A stretch of 64,000 bases of DNA from Wickerhamiella versatilis (GCA_030867685.1 JAQOWU010000007.1:496001-560000), one strand, 5' to 3'. Shown: positions 21,973-32,252, numbered from the stretch's first letter. The notes: generated by a model not told the origin, from the sequence alone. Program-made: numbers and translations.

Positions 21973-23439
21973 TTATCGAGCCCAGGGACCTGAATCTGTT
22001 GAGGGAATACTATCCGTTGTAATTTGAGCAGTGCTGGAAGTCTGTGTGGGGATGAGAGATGTACTCAGTATTGAGGGTGTTGAAGTAAGTAATGAAGTGT
22101 GCATATAAGTTTTTTCAGAAAACCAGTTCGTGAAATTAAAATTATTGGTTGAGGTGGAGCTGTATAATGGCACTGAAAAAGCAGATGGAATCCCAGTACT
22201 CATTATCTCCACTTTCGATGATGTGACATTTAGTTTGGCTTGTGCAATTGCTATTTGGTAATTTTCGAGATCGTATGTAACATAGAGAGATCGCAAAAAT
22301 ACGTCGCCGAGAATATATGTGTACGAATCTGGAGCAGGGCCCATTGCAAGAACACATTGATCCTTTCCATCCAGTTGGAAGGGGGTCACATTGTCGTCTT
22401 CAAGAAGCTGTACAAGAAGATCTTCTGTTGGCACGTCGACCGTAAAGCCTGAAAAATTGAGACGGTAGTGTGTTTGTATTGGATTTGAGCAGGGACCAAA
22501 AAAGTATCCAAGATCATCTGCGTATGAATAGTTTAAAGAATTTCCAAATGCTTCCACAATTTCTGGTGGAAAGTACGCGAAACTTGTTCCTGAGTCGAGT
22601 AACATTGCAATGTTGAAATCTGCCAAAGTTTCCCATGTTCCATTAGAATGGAGTCCAGAGAAGCCATTTAGCATCACACGAAGTTGGGTAGGTTTCTGCA
22701 AATATTCGTGATAGTAGTTATATATAGGCATGACTCCCAACTGCCCCTGGTACTTCGCATGATCTATAGCTCCGAACAGGATTTCACCGTGACCTGCATC
22801 TTTATCATTGAGCCACAAACTATATGCTTTGGTGTATATTAGTCCCTGGTCCTTCATTAAGGTAGGTACATTTCTATATAGCGGATAAACACCAGATCCG
22901 TTACGATGAATTTTTGCTGTGGCCTCGTTCGCTTCGAACCCAATTCCAAAAACACAAGTTGAGGAGTTGGCAGAGTCTGCCACCGCGAAAATTGCATCGT
23001 GAATTTTTTGGCCTCCAATTCCCATCTGATCCCGAACTAAGGTACCGTTGGCTTGTGTACGATCACCGTATTCAATTTCAAAAGGTGTTGTCAAATTTTG
23101 GAACGTTTGGGACTTTGAATGGTCAAATGTGGCACCTGTACAATTCTGAACTGTTGCGTTATGACAATAGGGATTCGACGTATCGGCAACCCACAGGTCA
23201 GATGAGCCTGTATCAAGAGTAAACCATACATTTTGCGAAGGCGTTCCCAATTCCAAGGAAACTCGATAGTAATATTGATCATTATCCAAGGTAACCAATA
23301 CATTCCCTCTTTCAGGATGTTCAAGAAACCCGTTTTCTCTCACCCCTCCACCAGGATGCCGTTCCATTGGCAATGAAATTTGTGGTGACGGTACATGAGC
23401 CGACAAAGCAAGTGTGAAAAAAAATATTTCGTGAAACAT
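21973..23439 (-). CDS. Secreted aspartic protease (yapsin/SAP-like, family A1)
   Basis: Signal peptide from ATG 23439, catalytic DTGSSDLW and LLDSGTS, ILGDVFLRSLYVTYDL, Ser/Thr-rich tail. Confidence 0.92.
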   Translation of the reverse strand: MFHEIFFFTLALSAHVPSPQISLPMERHPGGGVRENGFLEHPERGNVLVTLDNDQYYYRVSLELGTPSQNVWFTLDTGSSDLWVADTSNPYCHNATVQNCTGATFDHSKSQTFQNLTTPFEIEYGDRTQANGTLVRDQMGIGGQKIHDAIFAVADSANSSTCVFGIGFEANEATAKIHRNGSGVYPLYRNVPTLMKDQGLIYTKAYSLWLNDKDAGHGEILFGAIDHAKYQGQLGVMPIYNYYHEYLQKPTQLRVMLNGFSGLHSNGTWETLADFNIAMLLDSGTSFAYFPPEIVEAFGNSLNYSYADDLGYFFGPCSNPIQTHYRLNFSGFTVDVPTEDLLVQLLEDDNVTPFQLDGKDQCVLAMGPAPDSYTYILGDVFLRSLYVTYDLENYQIAIAQAKLNVTSSKVEIMSTGIPSAFSVPLYSSTSTNNFNFTNWFSEKTYMHTSLLTSTPSILSTSLIPTQTSSTAQITTDSIPSTDSGPWAR

Positions 23440-24209
23440 ATACGAAAATATGGCATTAAAATCAAGCAACTATATATCAGGCGAACTTTATTCCTAAAGG
23501 GTAACTACAAAAGATAAAAATATAGATCTGACCGCATTGGTTGCAACCTTCTGAACCCTATATTCGCTTATGCTCAACATTAGCGGAGACACGTGAGTAT
23601 TTTACCGTCGTACGAATAGTTATTATCTTTCTAGATTTGAATAGTTCTATACAGTTTGACTATAAAGTGCTTCCATGAGCACAACAAAACATAATCAAAA
23701 GCGATTTCAGCTAACTTTGAACATCTTTGTCAGTGCTTCCATTCCCATAACCCTCCATATAGTCAGTGAGTGATGAAGTCTAGAAACTGATACTTCAGTC
23801 AGCACGGAAAGGACAGTCACTCACTAGGTATATAAAGGATAATAATAATATTTCACTTTCACTTTCACTTCCCGCAATGCATTGGTTTTCGTGGCTCACT
23901 GAACTTGTCCTTCATCAATAAGTTTGCAAATTGCTGCTGCAGCTATGACTGCTTCATCTACGTCAGATCCCTGATGCAACTTTTCAGGGTTTGTGGCACC
24001 CATTACAGCCGTCATCAATGCAAAGACATAAAATTTCATCGATTTTGGAGCTCAATGTGCCATGTATCTCCGTCTTATAACTTTGCTCTCCTCAAGGACT
24101 TGCCCTAAAGGGAAGGAGTAGTCATGATATTATAGTAAGTTCAAAATTGTTATATCCCTAGATAAAACATCTTTCAAAATAAGAGCTGGAGCTAAAAAAC
24201 CAGTTTTAG

Positions 24210-25778
24210 CTACCAGAGATCCATTTTAATCCGACCACTCTTTTTCAGCGACTTAAATTCAGCCTCAGCTCTCTTTTCGCCAAGCTTACTCGCCATTATA
24301 TGAATAAGGGTCAATCGCGACTGTAAACGGAGTTTGCGAACATCACCACACACATAAACATAAGCACCGCGGTCCAGTAGATCCCAAACAAGGTCTGAGT
24401 GTTTTTTTAATTTGTCATGGACATAACTGGCGCTTCCCCATCTGGAAAATGCTGGTATGACAGTGGTGTCAGGCCACTTTTCATGTCGGTAAAGTTGCTC
24501 TTGAGGTGTACGACAGCCATAAAAGACATACTTATCACCTTCATGAGCTTGACAAAACGCTCTAAATGGAGCTATGCCGGTTCCGGTACAAATAAGAAGA
24601 ATAGGTACTCCGCTCGGAGGCAAGTGAAAACTTGGATTAGATCGAATAGCAATGGTAAGATAATTCCCATCAGACTTACTCAAATATTTTGTTGCAACTC
24701 CTTCTGCCATTACTGTTATACTAGGTGTAGAACAAGAAGAGATACTGTAAACACGAGGTGAGAGATAAGGGAGATTTTCTAACAGATATTCTGGCACGAC
24801 AGGCCAAGGCTGTCCATCACTGAGCGACAAAAGTAATGAACCAAGAGTTTGAGGTGCACGAGAGAATTCTCGAAAGTCACTAGCCACGCGCAGAGCACGC
24901 TCTCGAGTAATGGCATTTGGGGCAAAATGGGAAAGTTGGCTTAAGAGTTCTCGCTGCATCCTGTTTCCGATACCTATGTACTGGCGTGCCAGCTCCTCAT
25001 AACTTGCACAATGATGTCCATTGATTTCAACGTAGGTGTTTCTCTTTGATTCCAGCCCTACAGCTTTTATAAATTCAGCAACCTCATCTTCTCCATTTTC
25101 AGGCCAGACGACTAAATGATCTCCAGGTTTAAACTCCGTTCGGCACTCAGGAAAGTCTATTTCATAATATTGACGATCACTTGCTGCTATTTTGTTCACG
25201 CGTGACTTACTTTCAAATAATCTGTCATTTGCTGGATTTGCGAGATGAAGTTTTTCACCCTTAGGGCTCTCAATCTCAGTCATTCTAGTATTTGGAGTGA
25301 ACGTCCATGGTTGCTGAACAATATTGAGTCTAGAGGCAAGGCGTTGAATTACAGATTCCTTCCAAGCATACCAGTGTTCATCTTGCTCAAAAGATAGTGC
25401 ATCCTGTTCCTCTCGGTGATAAAATGGCGTCGCGCCTAATTCCAAAAGACGCTTGTCAAGCTTTCTTCCTGCAGCGTTAAACGTAGGATAAGCTGTCGAG
25501 CCTCTTGCAAATACTGAAAAGTTAAAATTCAGATTATGAGGTGAGGCCTCAAGCTTTTGCCAAAACACTGAGGCATTATCTGGGAAGCTTCCCTGTCTAT
25601 ATGTGCTGGTAATAAACAATGCATATCCTGAGAAACTATATGGATTGGAAAACTCGTTCAAATTCTTGAAACATGGATCTAACTTGAGACGCCATCGCAA
25701 TTCTCCAACTAAACGTCTCGCAAACCCCTCGCAGACCCCAGAATGGGAGCCATAGAAAACACCTACCCGAGGCAGCAT
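24210..25778 (-). CDS. Divergent soluble diflavin reductase, paralogue of NADPH-cytochrome P450 reductase
   Basis: Flavodoxin domain (FYGSHSG, PDNA), GDHLVVWPEN, PRVYSISS, GTGIAPFRAF, YGCR, AFSR, YVCGD, C-terminal DLW; no N-terminal TM anchor. Confidence 0.85.
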   Translation of the reverse strand: MLPRVGVFYGSHSGVCEGFARRLVGELRWRLKLDPCFKNLNEFSNPYSFSGYALFITSTYRQGSFPDNASVFWQKLEASPHNLNFNFSVFARGSTAYPTFNAAGRKLDKRLLELGATPFYHREEQDALSFEQDEHWYAWKESVIQRLASRLNIVQQPWTFTPNTRMTEIESPKGEKLHLANPANDRLFESKSRVNKIAASDRQYYEIDFPECRTEFKPGDHLVVWPENGEDEVAEFIKAVGLESKRNTYVEINGHHCASYEELARQYIGIGNRMQRELLSQLSHFAPNAITRERALRVASDFREFSRAPQTLGSLLLSLSDGQPWPVVPEYLLENLPYLSPRVYSISSCSTPSITVMAEGVATKYLSKSDGNYLTIAIRSNPSFHLPPSGVPILLICTGTGIAPFRAFCQAHEGDKYVFYGCRTPQEQLYRHEKWPDTTVIPAFSRWGSASYVHDKLKKHSDLVWDLLDRGAYVYVCGDVRKLRLQSRLTLIHIMASKLGEKRAEAEFKSLKKSGRIKMDLW

Positions 25779-25948
25779 TCTTAGAGCCTCTCGTGCTTTG
25801 ATACTGAATTACGTCCAGTTCCACCTGAAATATTTTTATAGTAAGAGGAGCCGCTAATCAGTTGAGTGCCTCTCTCTTACACCTTCCAGGGACGTTAACA
25901 AAGTCTGACTTATCAGCTTGCTCGAAAGCTGGGGGAGGTCTTACCCAA

Positions 25949-26671
25949 ATGACGAACCCACTTTATCCAGGGCATGTTCCTCTTAATTTCTTCCAACGTG
26001 CTTTCCTTTTTGCTGGAAGTGGATTAGCTGCGTTGATCAATCCACGGAGAGCTGATCTAGTAGCCACTTTCGGAGAAATGACTGCAAGGCCATGTTCCGC
26101 AGCACGTTTACGGAATCGTATGCTACAACACCCTACAGGGCGCCGTATATTACGAGAAAAACCACGAATCACTTCGCGGTCGCTTGATATTGTTAGGCTT
26201 CGCCAGCTTCCTGCTGGCACCGTCGGTAGGGAATACTGTGAGTGGTTAGACAGGGAACATGTGTCCCCCGACACCAGACTTCCAGTAAGATTCATAGATG
26301 ATCCAGAAGAAGCATACGTCATCCAGCGATACCGAGAATGCCATGATTTCTATCACTCGATTACGGGACTGCCAGTCGTTATGGAGGGAGAGGTAGCTGT
26401 TAAAGCCTTCGAATTTGCAAACCTAGCTATTCCCATGACTGGTCTTGCAGCATTTAGTGAACCATTTAAATTATCAAATCGTGCGGCCAAGCGGTTAAGG
26501 GATATATATATACCCTGGGCTTTGGTAAATGGCTTTCGGAGCGAGTGCCTATTGAACGTTTACTGGGAGGAGGAGCTTGAGACAAGTGCCGAAGAGCTTA
26601 GGGAAAAGCTAGGCATCGAGAAACCACCCAATCTACGCGAACTTAGGTCTCATAGTGTCAAACGAAAGTAG
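25949..26671 (+). CDS. COQ4: Ubiquinone biosynthesis protein Coq4
   Basis: [43 protein letters not shown]; first in-frame ATG is 25949 (the track start is a TTG). Confidence 0.95.
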   Translation: MTNPLYPGHVPLNFFQRAFLFAGSGLAALINPRRADLVATFGEMTARPCSAARLRNRMLQHPTGRRILREKPRITSRSLDIVRLRQLPAGTVGREYCEWLDREHVSPDTRLPVRFIDDPEEAYVIQRYRECHDFYHSITGLPVVMEGEVAVKAFEFANLAIPMTGLAAFSEPFKLSNRAAKRLRDIYIPWALVNGFRSECLLNVYWEEELETSAEELREKLGIEKPPNLRELRSHSVKRK

Positions 26672-26960
26672 TTTTCGGTATAACTTCTTTTCACTTGGGC
26701 TCATTAAAAGTATATAGTATCACATGTGAATGATGGATTTTGATAGTGTAAGTGTCCCAATTGCAATTGTATCTGCAACGCTTCTTATTTTGTAGTGTGA
26801 ATGATATATTTTGCTTACTGCTGTCTTAACGTCATTTAAAATTCTAATCATCCCATACATTTAACTCTTTCTGTGAAGTTCCAGTAAATCTCTTGATGAC
26901 TACTGTTACTTACCATACAGGTAGCAAAGAAAGAAAATATAAATTCGAGAGAAGAACAAA

Positions 26961-29009
26961 TTACCAAACATCTTCTTGAAGAAGTTCTCGGTTCCTCATC
27001 TTTCGCACAATTGCCTCAGCTTCCTCTTGGGTTACCCCACGCTGTTCTTTCAAAATATCTAACAGCGTTGCATGTACATCGCGTGCCATTCTAGACGCAT
27101 CGCCACAGATATAAAAGCTTGCACCTTTAGCTAATAGGGCATTTACGAGCTGAGCATTTTCGCGAAGACGATCCTGAACATATAGTTTAGCATCCTGTTC
27201 TCGGCTGAATGCAGTTATGACTTCCAAAAAGTTAGACTCAGTGAAAGGGCCATCAATTTGACCAGCCGTTGACTGGTTGGAATAATTGGCCCACTCATCT
27301 CCGTACAGATAATCAGTGTGACGCGAACGAGAACCAAAAAATAGTAGAGCTTTACCAACTTCCTTGCCATCTCTTGCCTGTTTAGCGCGCTCATGAATAA
27401 ACCCGCGGAATGGGGCTACTCCTGTTCCGGGACCGACCATTATAATAGGCTTCTTGCTCGTGATTGGCAGTTTGAAGCTTGAATGGCGCACGTGTGCCGG
27501 CACACTCAGGGAGCCTGAAGAAGCATAGGCGCCACGAGGACCTTTCAAATCATAGGATTTCTGCGTCGATGCATTCAAAATTGCCAGCATGTTATTAGTA
27601 GCAACTCCATTTAGCTGCCAATCTCCGAAGTTCAATTGTTCGACGACACCTGTGGTGGAAATTATATCTGGAGTTTCAAGTGAGCTCGACGAGATAGAGT
27701 AATACCGGGGTTGCATTCTAGGTATACCCTCAATCAAAAGTGACGCTGGAACATTCCACGGCTTACCATTGGTTAGTGAGAGAAGAAGCGCAGACAAATT
27801 CAGGCACTTGGCTGTAATGTTCTCATGGAAAGCATCCTTGTCAGAGGCAAGCTTGCTTAACGTTTCGCGTACTTCACTGGGTGCAAAGGCAACAAACGAC
27901 CCAAGCAGTTGGCGGGATACTGGGCCGTTGATCTCCAAATAATGACGAGCGATTGCATCCCAATTAGAGGGCTGAGGGATGGGCACTTCCACGGTTGGGT
28001 CTAGTGGGGTGATGGACAGTACTGTTTTTCCCTTCAGCCCAAAAGCGTGCAGAAATCTTTCAACTTCGGAAGAATCATTCTGAGGCCAAAACGCTAAATG
28101 GTCACCAGTCTTATAGCGTATTTCAGACGCGTCGTACTCCAGGTGTACGCAGTGACGCTGTGAATCCGCAAAAAGTTCCTTGGCTTTGAGAATTTTCATA
28201 TATTTGGGATTCTGGTGTGTCCAGGGTGCCGAAGCTGTACCAGCTAGGTGTGCTGGAGTATGTTCACCATGATAAACATTTTCCAAGCCTGTAACCTCCT
28301 TCACATCTAAAGATGGCTCAAAGACATACTCGCGCTCCTTAATTCCACGCTTCTCTTTCAGGTTATCGAACAGTTTCTCCTTCCATTCCATAAAGTCTTC
28401 CTCAGTTGTACCGCGACCGTCATCAGCCTCACCATACTCCCCCGCTTCAACAGCGCCAAGACTGAGAAGCTGCTTGTTCAGTGATCGTGATATACCGTTG
28501 AATATTTCATAAGTGGAATTTCCTAAGCCAAAAACAACGAAATGGAGATTCTCCAAGGTTGTACCACCATTGCTGAAGCAAGGGCTATCCGAAATGAATG
28601 ACCAAAAGTTGGCAGCATTATCTGTTGGCTCACCTTCACCATATGAAGACATTAGAAAGATCGCAACTTTGTCTTCAGGAAATTCATCTAGATTTTCATA
28701 GTCATAATCGTCAAGATCAGCTGTCATCGCAGAGATTCCTAGCTTACTTGAAAGCTCCTTTGCCAGTTTGGAAGCATAGTCTTCAGATGTACCTGTTTGA
28801 GAGCCAAAAAAGATAACGAAGTCTTTTTGCGTAGAATCAGCTACACCCACAATGTCACGAGAATCACCAACACCGCTTGAGGCGTTACCGTAACCCCCCT
28901 TGCTGCTGTACGAGTCGATGGGCTCCTCAGCAAAATAATTTTTAAAGATGAACCATGAGACAAGAGCTGCAATAGCTAATGCAACGACTGTGTCTACTAG
29001 TGTTGGCAT
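26961..29009 (-). CDS. NCP1: NADPH-cytochrome P450 reductase (membrane anchored)
   Basis: N-terminal TM, FFGSQTGT, YGEGEPTDNA, FGLGNSTYE, PRYYSISSS, GPGTGVAPFRGF, YICGDA, QEDVW. Confidence 0.97.
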   Translation of the reverse strand: MPTLVDTVVALAIAALVSWFIFKNYFAEEPIDSYSSKGGYGNASSGVGDSRDIVGVADSTQKDFVIFFGSQTGTSEDYASKLAKELSSKLGISAMTADLDDYDYENLDEFPEDKVAIFLMSSYGEGEPTDNAANFWSFISDSPCFSNGGTTLENLHFVVFGLGNSTYEIFNGISRSLNKQLLSLGAVEAGEYGEADDGRGTTEEDFMEWKEKLFDNLKEKRGIKEREYVFEPSLDVKEVTGLENVYHGEHTPAHLAGTASAPWTHQNPKYMKILKAKELFADSQRHCVHLEYDASEIRYKTGDHLAFWPQNDSSEVERFLHAFGLKGKTVLSITPLDPTVEVPIPQPSNWDAIARHYLEINGPVSRQLLGSFVAFAPSEVRETLSKLASDKDAFHENITAKCLNLSALLLSLTNGKPWNVPASLLIEGIPRMQPRYYSISSSSLETPDIISTTGVVEQLNFGDWQLNGVATNNMLAILNASTQKSYDLKGPRGAYASSGSLSVPAHVRHSSFKLPITSKKPIIMVGPGTGVAPFRGFIHERAKQARDGKEVGKALLFFGSRSRHTDYLYGDEWANYSNQSTAGQIDGPFTESNFLEVITAFSREQDAKLYVQDRLRENAQLVNALLAKGASFYICGDASRMARDVHATLLDILKEQRGVTQEEAEAIVRKMRNRELLQEDVW

Positions 29010-29217
29010 TCCGACCAGCTTACGTGTATCGGATAGCGACGGATAAATAGTCCCAACCGTGTACCAGACGATAAACTACTGACATTATGGAGTGAAGTGA
29101 AATACACATGTGGTGACCGGATGCACTGTCAAGATATGTAATTAAAAAAAGTTATTCTATTTCAATCTATGCACTGCGATGCCACTGTCCGCAGATCAAA
29201 CAGTTATATGAGTCATC

Positions 29218-29538
29218 ATGCCAACTCGGCTAGACAACGAGGGATTCCTGAGAACACTTACTGATCTTCTCAAAAATGCCGAAACTGAGGGTTCTGTTTA
29301 CCTCGAGCAAAAAAGACTGATTCGAACAGGGTCAGATAACGTTTTGAATGCTGTTTCGCGGCCTTATCCCTTGCTCTTTCGCGCAACTGACGGGCTGAAA
29401 GACAAGAAAAAGCGCACTGCTGTTTCCACCATTGTCAGCGCTGAGCAGTTACCCAATTTCTGGAGCTCATATGCGGAAGCTCTTAAGAAAGGCATGGGTG
29501 GACTTCGTCGCAAGGAGAAGAAGCGAGGAAAAAAATAA
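29218..29538 (+). CDS. SRP14: Signal recognition particle subunit Srp14
   Basis: LDNEGFL..L..L, GSVYLEQKR, LLFRATDG, STIV, GMGGL followed by basic tail. Confidence 0.92.
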   Translation: MPTRLDNEGFLRTLTDLLKNAETEGSVYLEQKRLIRTGSDNVLNAVSRPYPLLFRATDGLKDKKKRTAVSTIVSAEQLPNFWSSYAEALKKGMGGLRRKEKKRGKK

Positions 29539-30138
29539 TGCGCGTCTTGCGGGTTGCAAAAGAGAGTGCATTGCCTAATGCAGATCTAATATTGCATGGA
29601 TAATACCAAATCATGGGATATATTGAGATAAAGATTCGTCGGTTTATGTTTGGAATTGTCGGAACATTGTAAATATGTCTGTTTTTTTTTGGCGAACATA
29701 GTGAGTTTTTTTTAAGATCATTTTCTGAAAGAAGCTAGTTTCTGTTTGGCCCAGCGCATATTCTATATCTTTTGTGCTGTATATGGCTAGTAGTATACTT
29801 CCCATTAAAGACACCTTAAGTATTCTGTATGTATATGAAGGTCTAAGACTAATTTTCTAAATATTAATAGAGCGCTTGAAGATTTATTTGACCACTTGTC
29901 TTACTAGGAGGTTGCCAAGAAGTTAAAATCAAATCTAGGTATGTCCATGTGTGACCAAATCAGGTGTTACATACTTTTGGCTGCACGGTATATTACCCAT
30001 TAATACGAAACTATATCTGCCAATAGTTATAGGATTTTGAAAAAGAAATAATTTAATCTAAACATGCTGCTTGTTGGCTTGATGACACTTTTTCATACCA
30101 TGCTGGTCGAGTGTGTCATCCCACCTCAACGACTCGGC

Positions 30139-31053
30139 ATGCAAAGAGTTCGTCATTTTGCCTCCAAGTCTCGCCCACCGGCTGGATTGAGGCGAATGGG
30201 AGAGCGCTTTGATCAGTTTTCTTACAGTGTAAATAATACAAAGTGGAAGCGGCGTCTCGCTAGCATCTGCTTTATGGGAATCTATACCGCTGCCGGACTT
30301 GCTGGCTGGCAGTATCTTCAGGACACTAAGTACAAGGCCATCGGTGCACCCAATCCATATAATAGTAGCAAGGCTGAAAAAAACGAAAATCAAACAGTTC
30401 CGGCACATGATACGACGCCAGTCTATGATAGGCTGGCAACTGACTATGACTCGAAAATTTGGATGGAAGAGCTAATGGGCTATATCTGGTGGATGCGACG
30501 TAAAGTTGCATCGAATGTCACGGGTGATGCATTGGAAGTTGCTTGTGGTACTGGAAGGAATATAGGTTGGCTGCGCCCGAAGCAAATTCATTCTATTACC
30601 TTCTTAGACTCCTCTCGCCCTATGCTCGAGCTGGCCAGGGACAAGTTCAGTAAGAAGTTCAATAAATTCGAAAATGTTCAATATGTTCAGGGGAAAGCAG
30701 AAGGGCTGGTATCGCTGACAGGGGAGTCGCACCAGCTTTTCGATACCGTCTATGAAACATTTGGACTATGTGCCCATGAAGATCCGAGTGAGGCCCTTAA
30801 CCAGATGAAGAAACTTGTACGACCTGGTGGTAAACTAGTTTTGCTAGAACACGGTCGAGGCTATTTCGATTCTATGAATCGCCGAATGGATGAACGTGCT
30901 TCTCAGAGAGCAGAGGAGTGGGGTTGTCGATGGAATCTTGATATAGATTCGATTGTTCGCGGAGCAGGACTCAGTGTTGTCGAAGAAAAGAGATATCATT
31001 TTGGCACTATATATTTCTACGTTCTAGAACAGCCTCAAAGTCAACTCAAGTAA
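30139..31053 (+). CDS. OMS1: Mitochondrial inner-membrane methyltransferase
   Basis: Presequence-like MQRVRHFAS (ORF also open from 30064), one TM, LEVACGTGRN, FDTVYETFGLC, LLEHG, WGCRWNLDI. Confidence 0.88.
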   Translation: MQRVRHFASKSRPPAGLRRMGERFDQFSYSVNNTKWKRRLASICFMGIYTAAGLAGWQYLQDTKYKAIGAPNPYNSSKAEKNENQTVPAHDTTPVYDRLATDYDSKIWMEELMGYIWWMRRKVASNVTGDALEVACGTGRNIGWLRPKQIHSITFLDSSRPMLELARDKFSKKFNKFENVQYVQGKAEGLVSLTGESHQLFDTVYETFGLCAHEDPSEALNQMKKLVRPGGKLVLLEHGRGYFDSMNRRMDERASQRAEEWGCRWNLDIDSIVRGAGLSVVEEKRYHFGTIYFYVLEQPQSQLK

Positions 31054-32252
31054 GTTTGCAAGTTTGACGGTTGTGCATTAGAAACTAGCTCGCATATATT
31101 CACGGGAATTTCATCCCAAAAGCACATGTGAAGGAACTCAATTGAGATTAATGTGCCACGAATGAGATTCACCAGTGCCTTGGCCAACTGCGTTGGTTCG
31201 CATCTGTGCGTTAACAGTTTACCACTGAGAAAATCATAAATATAAGTTTCTAGGTGCAAAAACTTTTCTTTTGGAAGCTCATTACAGATCTTCGAATGCA
31301 GCAATTCACGTAGCAACAACTGAGCCAAAGAGGTGGTTCTAAGAGCGTCCAGTTGTTCGAATGCAAGCTGGCTTGTGGATTTATGGACTACGGAGCACAT
31401 GTATCGTTCTCTCCCCAGTTGGTGATATTCATGTATTTGATCAATTTTCAAACTGTGTTTTTCGCAAAGAAAATAATATGCAGCTGTACGCCAATTTCTG
31501 CTTGGTAAATAGGGGTCTTCATCATTCACGTAAGGAAGTATTGGTAGAAACACTGCAGCGTTTTTGTGATGTCGTGCGGTGTTTACAAACTCCACGACCC
31601 TTATCACTGGATACACAGGATTCTCAACCTGCCATCCAGAATAATTCTGGGGCCGACGGAAATGACGCTGAACCAATGCCGAGTTTTGTGCCTTATCTAG
31701 ATTGTAGCTGGCAAAGGTTTTTGGCCATTCGTCACAATTTGTCAAAGGCACCACCTCGATTGTGTCTGAATTTGGTAAAATAAATGTGAGCATATCGCTG
31801 TCATTGCTGAATATAAACTTCTTACACTGACCAGTAGACTGGGCTACGGCTTTTGCAATTGCATCATCAGCCTCAATCCCAGTAATGATAGTTTTTATTT
31901 GTGGGAATGATGCTCTCAGAATACACAGACACAATTCACCTACGCATAGCGGAGTGTCGAATTCCATTTTTTTTAAGAGACTAGATTTTCGTTCAACACG
32001 CGTAGGTATTTTTTTTTCAGGAATAAATCCATCGAGATAGAAAATGACTTCTCTAGGCCGAAGACTAAGTAGAAGCATTATTTGTTCCCTGAACCTCTTA
32101 CGGAAATTTTCAGCATTCAAGCACTCAGAGTGGAGAAGCTGCAACGCAAAGTTAAAGCCGTCTATATGATATTCACCGTCAATTAGATATTCAGACCCAT
32201 GTCTTACCATATATTTCTTTTCAATCACCCTCATAAGACCAGAGACCCCCAT
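31041..32252 (-). CDS. PIN/XPG-fold protein (asteroid-like)
   Basis: MGVSGL start, IDG, FYLDG.IP..K..TR..R, EADDAIA, SNDSDML acidic motifs. Confidence 0.7.
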   Translation of the reverse strand: MGVSGLMRVIEKKYMVRHGSEYLIDGEYHIDGFNFALQLLHSECLNAENFRKRFREQIMLLLSLRPREVIFYLDGFIPEKKIPTRVERKSSLLKKMEFDTPLCVGELCLCILRASFPQIKTIITGIEADDAIAKAVAQSTGQCKKFIFSNDSDMLTFILPNSDTIEVVPLTNCDEWPKTFASYNLDKAQNSALVQRHFRRPQNYSGWQVENPVYPVIRVVEFVNTARHHKNAAVFLPILPYVNDEDPYLPSRNWRTAAYYFLCEKHSLKIDQIHEYHQLGRERYMCSVVHKSTSQLAFEQLDALRTTSLAQLLLRELLHSKICNELPKEKFLHLETYIYDFLSGKLLTHRCEPTQLAKALVNLIRGTLISIEFLHMCFWDEIPVNICELVSNAQPSNLQTYLS

